Source: Macrostomum lignano (lineage: Eukaryota). From it: DNA of 64,000 bases. Location: NCBI GenBank assembly GCA_002269645.1, contig NIVC01000599.1, positions 1 through 64,000 of the forward strand, in the 5' to 3' direction. The notes under the pieces are model-generated. The model was not told the DNA's origin and ran no database searches. It was given only the letters and a program-made list of their open reading frames with translations. Positions within the stretch are counted from its first letter, which is position 1. The number at the start of each line of letters is the position of its first letter. A program made the translations under genes and the position numbers. Shown here one piece after another: positions 11,554 through 22,100 of the stretch.

Positions 11554-14500
11554 ATGCTTACTACAAAGTCCAGCGCAAGTTTCTATCGATTCAAAAAACA
11601 AGCGATGCAAATTATATTGAGCCGAATTTCGACTTCAGCACTGCCACTGCATGTGCCCAGGTGGATGGTGTGTGCTGCTCTTGGCGCAGCCGTTGTGTAC
11701 ATCTACGGCTCGTGGCCCTACAGGTACTGGAAGAAGCGCGGTGTGAAAGGCCCGACCATGGTGCCGATTCTTGGCGACATGCTCCGGTTTGTGAAGTTTG
11801 GCGGCTTCCGCCAGATGATGTTGGCCGATCTGCAGGAGTTCGGCCGGGTCTACGGCACCTACTTTATGCGCCGGCCAGTGCTGGTGGTGGCCGATCCGGA
11901 CATGCTGAAGCAGATCTGCATCAAGCGGTCGGAGAACTTCACAGACAGGGGCACATTGGGCAACGAGACCTATCCAATGGACAAGGGTATACTCACTCTC
12001 AAGGGTCAGGAATGGAAGCGGGTTAGAAGTCTGATGACTCCAGCGTTCAGTTCCGGCAAGATGAAGGTCATGTTCCCGCTGGTTGAGCAGAGCGCCCGGC
12101 AGCTCTGCGACAGCCTGCTGAAAGCAGAGGGCAGCGTTGTGGATGTGAAAGCCTACTTTACAAACTTCACAATGGACGCGGTGGCCTGCACACTGTTCGG
12201 CTTACAGATCAACACCCAGGAGAATCCCGAGAACGAGTTCAACCGGAACGGGAGCGAAATATTCAACTTTGACTTCCGCAACTGGAAGATCTGGCTGCTG
12301 TTTCTGCTGCCAGGCATTAGCGTGCCGCTTTTCAAGCGCTTCGGCATCAGCCTGTTCAAGCAAGCAAATCTGAACTTCTTTCAGGACGTGATCAGCCGCG
12401 CCCTGGTTGAACGCGAGGCCTCAGTCAACTGTGACGAGTACAGAGACTTCCTCGCTGCCATGGTGACAGCTAGACGCGAGGCGGAACAGCAGGGCGCCAA
12501 GGGTCTGTCGGAGCACGAGGTGCTGGCTCAGTCGCTAACACTGTTTTTGGCCGGTTTTGAGACCACATCCAGTGCGCTGCAGTTCATGGCCTTCTTTCTA
12601 GCCTGGAACACGGACTGCCAAGACCGGGCTTACAAAGAGGTGGCCGAAGCTAAGGCTCAGAATAGAGGCTCAATCACGTATAAGTGCCTGCAGGTTAGTT
12701 AAATCCGATGTATATGACATTACTATGCACGTCTATAGCTAAGCAGGTCTTGTCGCGACTGTCTTACGAGCGTAGTCATTTTTAGTTCTTCTTCACTTGT
12801 AGCTGTTTAGTCTGTTTTCTCTTCCTTAATTTCTGTCTAGATCAGTCGTGTTACTTTTTCTCGATCTCTTTCCCTCGCTGCCTTCTGATTGGCTCTTCGA
12901 TTTCGCCTCTTTCTTTCGCCTCCCTCTCTGTTTAGATGACCTATCTTGCTATTTTTTCTCTCTCCCTCGCTGTCTTCTGATTGGCTCTTCGATTTCGCCT
13001 CTTTCTTTCGCCTCCCTCTCTGTCTAGATGGCCAGTCTTGCTATTTTTTTCTCTCTCCCTCGCTGCCTTCTGATTGGCTGTTCAATATAGCCTCTCTTTC
13101 CTTCGTCGCGCACTCCACCCCTCCTAATTGTCTTATAGACACTTAGTTTTTTTAATCAATTATTTTCGATGCAATCACAATCAAAGCTTAAGTGTACGAA
13201 GTTTCAAATACTTTAAACTGTATAAAAAGTGCAGCTGAGAATAAGCAGGTAGTTAAGAGTAGTTTAGCGGTAACTAAGGTGCTTTAAGTTCTGCATGCCC
13301 AGGAGGTCAGATTGCTCAATATTCAGGTCAGATTGCTCAATATCCAGGAGGTCAGATTGCTCAATATCCAGGAGGTCAGATTGCTCAATATCCAGGAGGT
13401 CAGATTGCTCAATATCCAGGAGGTCAGATTGCTCAATATCCAGGAGGTCAGATTGCTCAATTTCCAGGAGGTCAGATTGCTCAATTTCCAGGAGGTCAGA
13501 TTGCTCAATATCCAGGAGGTCAGATTGCTCAATATCCAGGAGGTCAGATTGCTCAATATCCAGGAGGTCAGATTGCTCAATATCCAGGAGGTCAGATTGC
13601 TCAATATCCAGGAGGTCAGATTGCTCAATATCCAGGAGGTCAGATTGCTCAATTTCCAGGAGGTCAGATTGCTCAATATCCAGGAGGTCAGATTGCTCAA
13701 TATCCAGGAGGTCAGATTGCTCAATATCCAGGAGGTCAGATTGCTCAATATCCAGGAGGTCAGATTGCTCAATTTCCAGGAGGTCAGATTGCTCAATATC
13801 CAGGAGGTCAGATTGCTCAATATCCAGGAGGTCAGATTGCTCAATATCCAGGAGGTCAGATTGCTCAATTTCCAGGAGGTCAGATTGCTCAATATCCAGG
13901 AGGTCAGATTGCTCAATATCCAGGAGGTCAGATTGCTCAATATCCAGGAGGTCAGATTGCTCAATATCCAGGAGGTCAGATTGCTCAATTTCCAGGAGGT
14001 CAGATTGCTCAATATCCAGGAAGTCAGATTGCTCAATATCCAGGAGGTCAGATTGCTCAATATCCAGGAGGTCAGATTGCTCAATATCCAGGAGGTCAGA
14101 TTGCTCAATATCCAGGAGGTCAGATTGCTCAATATCCAGGAGGTCAGATTGCTCAATATCCAGGAGGTCAGATTGCTCAATTTCCAGGAGGTCAGATTGC
14201 TCAATATCCAGGAGGTCAGATTGCTCAATATCCAGGAGGTCAGATTGCTCAATATCCAGGAGGTCAGATTGCTCAATATCCAGGAGGTCAGATTGCTCAA
14301 TATCCAGGAGGTCAGATTGCTCAATATCCAGGAGGTCAGATTGCTCAATATCCAGGAGGTCAGATTGCTCAATTTCCAGGAGGTCAGATTGCTCAATATC
14401 CAGGAAGTCAGATTGCTCAATATCCAGGAGGTCAGATTGCTCAATATCCAGGAGGTCAGATTGCTCAATATCCAGGAGGTCAGATTGCTCAATATCCAGG

Positions 14501-16967
14501 AGGTCAGATTGCTCAATATCCAGGAGGTCAGATTGCTCAATATCCAGGAGGTCAGATTGCTCAATTTCCAGGAGGTCAGATTGCTCAATATCCAGGAGGT
14601 CAGATTGCTCAATATCCAGGAGGTCAGATTGCTCAATATCCAGGAGGTCAGATTGCTCAATATCCAGGAGGTCAGATTGCTCAATATCCAGGAGGTCAGA
14701 TTGCTCAATATCCAGGAGGTCAGATTGCTCAATATCCAGGAGGTCAGATTGCTCAATATCCAGGAGGTCAGATTGCTCAATATCCAGGAGGTCAGATTGC
14801 TCAATTTCCAGGAGGTCAGATTGCTCAATATCCAGGAGGTCAGATTGCTCAATATCCAGGAGGTCAGATTGCTCAATATCCAGGAGGTCAGATTGCTCAA
14901 TATCCAGGAGGTCAGATTGCTCAATATCCAGGAGGTCAGATTGCTCAATTTCCAGGAGGTCAGATTGCTCAATATCCAGGAGGTCAGATTGCTCAATATC
15001 CAGGAGGTCAGATTGCTCAATATCCAGGAGGTCAGATTGCTCAATATCCAGGAGGTCAGATTGCTCAATTTCCAGGAGGTCAGATTGCTCAAAATCCAGG
15101 AGGTCAGATTGCTCAATATCCAGGAGGTCAGATTGCTCAATATCCAGGAGGTCAGATTGCTCAATATCCAGGAGGTCAGATTGCTCAATTTCCAGGAGGT
15201 CAGATTGCTCAATATCCAGGAGGTCAGATTGCTCAATATCCAGGAGGTCAGATTGCTCAATATCCAGGAGGTCAGATTGCTCAATATCCAGGAGGTCAGA
15301 TTGCTCAATATCCAGGAGGTCAGGTTGCTCAATATCCAGGAGGTCAGATTGCTCAATATCCAGGAGGTCAGATTGCTCAATATCCAGGAGGTCAGATTGC
15401 TCAATATCCAGGAGGTCAGATTGCTCAATATCCAGGAGGTCAGATTGCTCAATATCCAGGAGGTCAGATTGCTCAATATCCAGGAGGTCAGATTGCTCAA
15501 TATCCAGGAGGTCAGATTGCTCAATTTCCAGGAGGTCAGATTGCTCAATATCCAGGAGGTCAGATTGCTCAATATCCAGGAGGTCAGATTGCTCAATTTC
15601 CAGGAGGTCAGATTGCTCAATATCCAGGAGGTCAGATTGCTCAATATCCAGGAGGTCAGATTGCTCAATATCCAGGAGGTCAGATTGCTCAATATCCAGG
15701 AGGTCAGATTGCTCAATATCCAGGAGGTCAGATTGCTCAATTTCCAGGAGGTCAGATTGCTCAATATCCAGGAGGTCAGATTGCTCAATATCCAGGAGGT
15801 CAGATTGCTCAATATCCAGGAAGTCAGATTGCTCAATATCCAGGAGGTCAGATTGCTCAATTTCCAGGAGGTCAGATTGCTCAATATCCAGGAGGTCAGA
15901 TTGCTCAATATCCAGGAGGTCAGATTGCTCAATATCCAGGAGGTCAGATTGCTCAATATCCAGGAGGTCAGATTGCTCAATATCCAGGAGGTCAGATTGC
16001 TCAATTTCCAGGAGGTCAGATTGCTCAATATCCAGGAGGTCAGATTGCTCAATATCCAGGAGGTCAGATTGCTCAATATCCAGGAGGTCAGATTGCTCAA
16101 TATCCAGGAGGTCAGATTGCTCAATATCCAGGAGGTCAGGTTGCTCAATATCCAGGAGGTCAGATTGCTCAATATCCAGGAGGTCAGATTGCTCAATATC
16201 CAGGAGGTCAGATTGCTCAATATCCAGGAGGTCAGATTGCTCAATATCCAGGAGGTCAGATTGCTCAATATCCAGGAGGTCAGATTGCTCAATATCCAGG
16301 AGGTCAGATTGCTCAATATCCAGGAGGTCAGATTGCTCAATATCCAGGAGGTCAGATTGCTCAATATCCAGGAGGTCAGATTGCTCAATGTCCAGAGGCA
16401 CAGTGTTCTGCATATCCAAGAGAGTGTTTTGTGTCCAGGGGAATGCTCAGAAGAACTCGCAGAGATTTCTGGGATTACAGAAGATTTTTTCTCTTCCTCA
16501 ATCACAACCCTATGCAGGGACTGACCTTTCTGAACCAGTGTCTGGACGAGACTCTGCGGCTGTGCCCTCCAGCTCTGTTTACTGACCGTGTCTGCACGGA
16601 GACCACCGTTATCAACGGCTACGAAGTCGAGAAAGGCGTAAACGTGCGAATCCCTATAGTGAGCATTGCGCACGACCCAGAAGCGTGGGAAAATCCCGAA
16701 GTTTTTAATCCCGACCGATTTGCGCGCGGCTCGACCGATGGTGCCGGGCTGGCTCACTTCCTGCCGTTCGGCATGGGGCCGCGCAGCTGCATCGGGATGC
16801 GCCTGGCCCAGATGGAGATCCGCAAGGCCATGGCGGAGCTGCTGCTGGCTGTGGAATTTCGCACCGCACCGGACACGAAACCGTACGAGCAGCTCGACTA
16901 CAAAGCGACAACAATTTCGGCTGTCAAAGAGCCAATAAAACTGCGAATCCTGTCCCGGAAAGCTTGA
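11554..16967 (+). CDS. Cytochrome P450, clan 3 (CYP3-like); exons 11554 (or ATG 11605)-12693 and 16518-16967
   Basis: N-terminal TM anchor, GPTMVPILG, WKRVRSLMTPAFSSGKMK, I-helix AGFETTSS, K-helix ETLR, FNPDRF, heme motif FLPFGMGPRSCIGMRLA. Phase-0 intron CAG|GTTAGT ... TATGCAG|GGA. Confidence 0.93.
12865..13090. repeat. ~80-bp degenerate tandem repeat (2-3 copies) in P450 intron, each with CTGATTGG
   Basis: CCCTCGCTG(C/T)CTTCTGATTGGCT recurs three times. Confidence 0.55.
13298..16390. repeat. 24-bp tandem array (CAGGAGGTCAGATTGCTCAATATC), about 129 near-identical copies, inside the P450 intron
   Basis: Exact 24-bp period with only a few recurring single-base variants (TAT>TTT, GGA>GAA, GAT>GGT, AAT>AAA). 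Confidence 0.97.
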
Positions 16968-17461
16968 ATTATGTGTGGTTTTTTTAAGCTTCTCGACTAA
17001 ACAACGAATGCATGTGCATACGAGTAAACCGTGTATTGCATTATGGTTTTATGTACCAGGTAGCTTCTAGTGATAAATTTTTGCTTATATATACTCCCCA
17101 CTGGGTTATATGACATGATTGAAAAGCTAAACACAACACAAGCTCTGTCCACTCTATACCCGTACACTCGTACATGTATGTAAGCAAGTCGTTTATAAAA
17201 TAGACAGCGTTGTTCATTTTTGAAAAATAAAAAAAGTAAAAACGTAAGAAGCGATCAGTTGCATATGAGCCTGTTTTGTTAGTTTATAGTTAATATGTGA
17301 AAGCTTTAAATGAAAAAACAAAAAAGACACAGTTCATTAGCAGGCACATAAAAAATGACGATTTACTCACCAAAAATAATTTCAACCGAGCTTTTTTGTA
17401 GAAAAATGTTCAACTCATAAACATAACATGCTTTGTTGCAGTTTTATAATTGTAAATGAAT

Positions 17462-18247
17462 TTAATAAATGTCGATGCAATGAAACTCGATCAAATACAC
17501 TGGCAAGGATTGAGCAGGATCATATACCGCAAACTCGCGGTACAAAAACCCTGTATTATTAAGATTCGCCATCTTGCCGAACAAAGAGTCATAGCCAGCT
17601 TCCAGCACATACTTTGCATTCAGGTGCCTTTCTTCTAAAGTCTTCGGCCAGGCTTTGCCAATATTGACGTAAGAGCCAATAACGAATTTCGTAGGGCCTT
17701 CATCACAATAGGCAAGAGCTTTCTGAATTGTTGGAGTAAAGTAAATTGCTGGTCCGAAAGACCCTTTTGAATCAGCGAGAAAGCCATTTGAGAATATTGA
17801 ATCGATATTGGCGGCACGCGTTCCATGAAAGAGCAGCAAAGGAAAGCATGGTGAATCGTGACGACTTTGCCAATGGAGTTCGAATCGCTCCTCAAGAGTC
17901 GGGTTTTTCACCTTCTTTATGCCCACGAGTTTCAGTGGGCACGAAGAAAGTTTGTCTTTAACTTCCCAGAAGTGAGGATCATCCTCAGACAAGCGCGAGA
18001 GTTCGTACGCTTGGTCACGCGGAGGCTGTGCATTCCTTTTTCTGCTTTTCGCCAAAGGTTCACCAGGGCTTTGCAACTTCTCATAACGCTTGCGAAAAGC
18101 GTCGGCCGTCACGTTTGCCCAGTGGCTTCCTAGCTGGTTGATAAATCGCTCTCGGACTCCACTCCAATTCACAACGGGTTTTGTGCATAACGCCACCAAT
18201 CGAAACAAGAGATCATCGAACTCACTGGTCCACTTGGTGTAGTCCAT
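17462..18247 (-). CDS. Intronless 261-aa protein: Myb/SANT-like N-terminus + PARP-family ADP-ribosyltransferase catalytic domain (H-Y-E)
   Basis: AAAATGG start with an in-frame stop just upstream. KWTSEFDDLLFRLV...NWSGV...FRKRYEKL; basic patch KSRKR; LLLFHGT, GSFGPAIYFT, AGYDSL, REFAVYDPAQSLPVYLIEF. Confidence 0.88.
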   Translation of the reverse strand: MDYTKWTSEFDDLLFRLVALCTKPVVNWSGVRERFINQLGSHWANVTADAFRKRYEKLQSPGEPLAKSRKRNAQPPRDQAYELSRLSEDDPHFWEVKDKLSSCPLKLVGIKKVKNPTLEERFELHWQSRHDSPCFPLLLFHGTRAANIDSIFSNGFLADSKGSFGPAIYFTPTIQKALAYCDEGPTKFVIGSYVNIGKAWPKTLEERHLNAKYVLEAGYDSLFGKMANLNNTGFLYREFAVYDPAQSLPVYLIEFHCIDIY

Positions 18248-18312
18248 TTTATACGACTACTTGTTTTGTTGCTGCAATATAATTATGGCATTTCACAGTC
18301 AGTTTAATCCTG

Positions 18313-18842
18313 GGGGGTCTTTCTCGAAAGCAATTTACGATCGACCATAGACGTAAGTTGGGTAAGCTACACTTACGGGTTGCTCGAAGGGCTCGCAAGT
18401 TAGCTATGCGTAAGATTGATCGCAACTTTACGAGTTCGTAACTTTGCGCAAAAGACTGTTTCTCGAAACGTTCGTATGTCTATGTTCTTTCGTAAGGTTG
18501 ATTTTAACCCTACGACTGCTCGGTATCAGTCGTAAGACACACTTAAGCACTAATCGCATAGTACGTGAAGCTTTAGTCAAGCCAAGTCAAGTTAAACTTT
18601 TTCGAAGGTGGGTCTTTCTCGAAAGCAACTTACGATAGACAAAGTAAAGATAGCTATTTACAGATTTATGACCATAGACATGCAACTTTTCGTTTCAGAT
18701 ACGACTTACGAACAGCGTAAGCCACGCAAAGTCTAAGTGAGTTTTGAGAAAGCGTCTTACGAGCAAACTTACGCTACACGTAAATTTCTTTCTTACGATC
18801 TAACTTACCATAGAACTTACGTGAGTTTCGAGAAACACCCCC
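18313..18842. mobile_element. PIF/Harbinger-like MITE (530 bp) with 3-bp CTG TSD
   Basis: Termini GGGGGTCTTTCTCGAAA / TTTCGAGAAACACCCCC; CTG at 18310-12 and 18843-45; empty site reads CCTGG; internal repeated CTTACG/CGTAAG motifs. Confidence 0.7.
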
Positions 18843-18921
18843 CTGGGCAGCAATAGCTCAATTTTGCTCAAGCAAGCTCAGACTGCCATAGAGAGACGGA
18901 TTTCATCCGAAGCCAGTGCTA

Positions 18922-19138
18922 CACCTTTTCACGTTCAATTTTGATCAAAGTCCAGTTCTAAAAAAACTAGCGGAAATTCAATTCAGACTGAGGATTATTT
19001 TGTATTTGGCTAAACCTTACTTCGGTTAGAATGTTTTGAGCTGGGGGTTAGACTGGGCCCCAGTCTAAATTGTCTGAATTGAATTTCCGCTAGTTTTCTT
19101 AGAACTGGACTTTGATCAAAATTGAACGTGAAAAGGTG
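18922..19138. mobile_element. 217-bp hairpin MITE with ~65-bp TIRs and TA TSD
   Basis: CACCTTTTCACGTTCAATTTTGATCAAAGTCCAGTTCTAA... mirrored at 19074-19138; TA on both sides. Confidence 0.75.
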
Positions 19139-19189
19139 TATTATGAGCGATTCAGAGAGCAGCGCAAGTTGCAAAACTTGTAAAGAGAC

Positions 19190-22100
19190 GGACAATTTTC
19201 TTCATTAATTTTATCCGCAAAAGACCACAACGAAAGATTTTCTGCCTTAACAGACAATATTTTCAACCAACATAAAGTTTTTTCCGCAGGTGGACAATTT
19301 TTGGCGCAAAAGAATAATTATTCCACTTACAGAAAATTGTATCCACACATGAAGATTCACTTGCAATAAATGTCTTTTAGTAGGCCTAGTCATTGTCCGT
19401 TTACGGACAAGATTATCCGCTGCCAGACAAAACTTCTCCGTTGTCGGAAAAATTTCTCCGTTGGTGGACAAACGTGTCCGTTTGCGGACAAAACTTCTCC
19501 AAAACTTCTCTGATGGTGGACAAAATTTCTCCGTTGGCGGACAAAATTTCTTCGTCGGCGAACAAAATTTTTCCGTTCGTGGACAAAGTTTGTCCGTTCG
19601 CGGAAAATATTTCTCTGTTGTCGGACAAAATTTCTCCGTTGGCGGACGAAATTGCTCCGTTGACGGACAAAACTTCTCCATTGCCGGACAAAATTTCTTC
19701 GTTGGAGGACAATATTTGTCCGTTGGCGGACAAAATGTCTCCGTTGACTGACAAAACTTCTCCGTTGGCGGACAAATTTCTTTGTTGGCGGACAATATTT
19801 GTCCGTTGGCGGACAAAATTTCTTCGTTGACGGACAAAACTTCTCCATTGGCGGACAATTTTCTCCGTTGGCGGACAAAACTTCTCTGATGGTGGACAAA
19901 ATTTCTCCGTCGGCGAACAAAATTTGTCCGTCCATGGACAAAGTTTGTCCGTTCGCGGAAAATATTTCTCTGTTGTCGGGCAAAATTTCTCCGTTGGCGG
20001 ACAAAATTTCTTCGTTGACGGACAAAACTTCTCCATTGGCGGACAAATTTCTTTGTTGGCGGACAATATTTGTCCGTTGGCGGACAAAATTTCTTCCTTG
20101 CGGACAAAACTTCTTCGTTGGCGGACAATTTTCTTTGTTGGCGGACAATTTTCTTCGATCGTGGACAATATTTGTCTGTTACAGACAAAACTTCTCCGTT
20201 GACGGACAAAATTTCTCCGTTGGCGGACAAAATTTCTCCGTTGGCGGACAAAATTTCTTCGTCGTCGAACAAAATTTGTCCGTCCATGGACAAAGTTTGT
20301 CCGTTCGCGGAAAATATTTGTCCGTAAGCGGACAAAATTTCTCCGTTGACGGACAAAACTTCTCCGTTGGCGGACAAATTTCTGTGCTGGCGGACAATAT
20401 TTGTCCGTTGGCGGACAAAACTTCTCCGTTGGTAGACATTTTTCTTTGTTGGCGGACAATTTTCTCCGTTGGCGGACAATATTTGTCCGTTGGCGGACAA
20501 AATTTCTTTGTTGACGGACAAAACTTGTCAGTTGGCGGACAAATTTCTGTGCTGGCGGACAATATTTGTCCGTTGGCGGACAAAACTTTTCCGTTGGTAG
20601 ACATTTTTCTCTGTTGGCGGACAATTTTCTCCGTTGGCGGACAATATTTGTCCGTTCGCGGACAAAATTTCTCCGTTGGCGGACAAAACTTCTCCGTTGG
20701 CGGACAATTTTCTACGTTTGCGGACAATATTTGTCCGTTGGCGGACAAAACTTTTCCGTTGGTAGACATTTTTCTCTGTTGGCGGACAATTTTCTCCGTT
20801 GGCGGACAATATTTGTCCGTTCGCGGACAAAACTTCTCCGTTGGCGAACAAAACTTTTCCGTTGGTAGACATTTTTCGTTTTTGGCGGACAATTTTCTTC
20901 GATCGCGGACAATATTTGTCCCTTACAGACAAAACTTCTCCGTTGACGGACAAAATTTCTCCGTTGGCGGACAATTTTCTCCGTTGGCGGACAAAATTTA
21001 TTCGTCGGCGAAAAAAATTTCTCCGTCCATGGACAAAGTTTGTCCGTTCGCGGAAAATATTTCTCTGTTGTCGGACAAAATTTCTCCGTTGACGGACGAA
21101 ACCTCTCCGTTGGCGGACAATTTTCTGTGTTGGCGGACAATTTTCTTCGATCGCGGACAATATTTGTCCGTTACAGACAAAACTTCTCCGTTGGTAGACA
21201 TTTTTCTTTGTTGGCGGACAATTTTCTCCGTTGGCGGACAATATTTGTCCGTTGGCGGACAAAATTTCTTTGTTGACGGACAAAACTTGTCAGTTGGCAT
21301 ACAAAGTTTGTCCGTTGGCGGACAACATTTCTTCCTTGGCGGACAAAATTTCTTCGTTGACGGACAAAACTTTTCCGTTGACGGACAAAAGTTCTCTGAT
21401 AGTGGACTAACCTTCTCCGTTGACGGACAAAACTTCTCCGTTGGCGGACAAAATTTCTCCGTTGACGGACAAAACTTCTCCGTTGACGGACAAAACTTCT
21501 CCGTTGGCGGACAAAATTTCTCCGTTGGCGGACAAAATTTCTTCGTTGACGGACAAAACTTCTCTGATGGTGGACAAAATTTCTCCGTCGGCGAACAAAA
21601 TTTGTCCGTCCATGGACAAAGTTTGTCCGTTCGCGGAAAATATTTCTCTGTTGTCGGGCAAAATTTCTCCGTTGGCGGACAAAATTTCTTCGTTGACGGA
21701 CAAAACTTCTCCATTGGCGGACAAATTTCTTTGTTGGCGGACAATATTTGTCCGTTGGCGGACAAAATTTCTTCCTTGCGGACAAAACTTCTTCGTTGGC
21801 GGACAATTTTCTTTGTTGGCGGACAATTTTCTTCGATCGTGGACAATATTTGTCTGTTACAGACAAAACTTCTCCGTTGACGGACAAAACTTCTCCGTTG
21901 GCGGACAAATTTCTGTGCTGGCGGACAATATTTGTCCGTTGGCGGACAAAACTTCTCCGTTGGTAGACATTTTTCTTTGTTGGCGGACAATTTTCTCCGT
22001 TGGCGGACAATATTTGTCCGTTGGCGGACAAAATTTCTTTGTTGACGGAAAAAAACTTGTCAGTTGGCGGACAAATTTCTGTGCTGGCGGACAATATTTG

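Noticed and set aside
13298-16390. CRISPR-like appearance of regular short repeats (also 52640-52911, 57198-57715)
   Set aside because: Units are head-to-tail without unique spacers, there are no cas genes, and the context is eukaryotic.
17462-18247. Bacterial or phage origin (toxin/defence system) for the ART gene
   Set aside because: The H-Y-E motif context is eukaryotic PARP-like, there is no operon or partner gene, and all neighbours are spliced animal genes; horizontal transfer is unsupported without a phylogeny.
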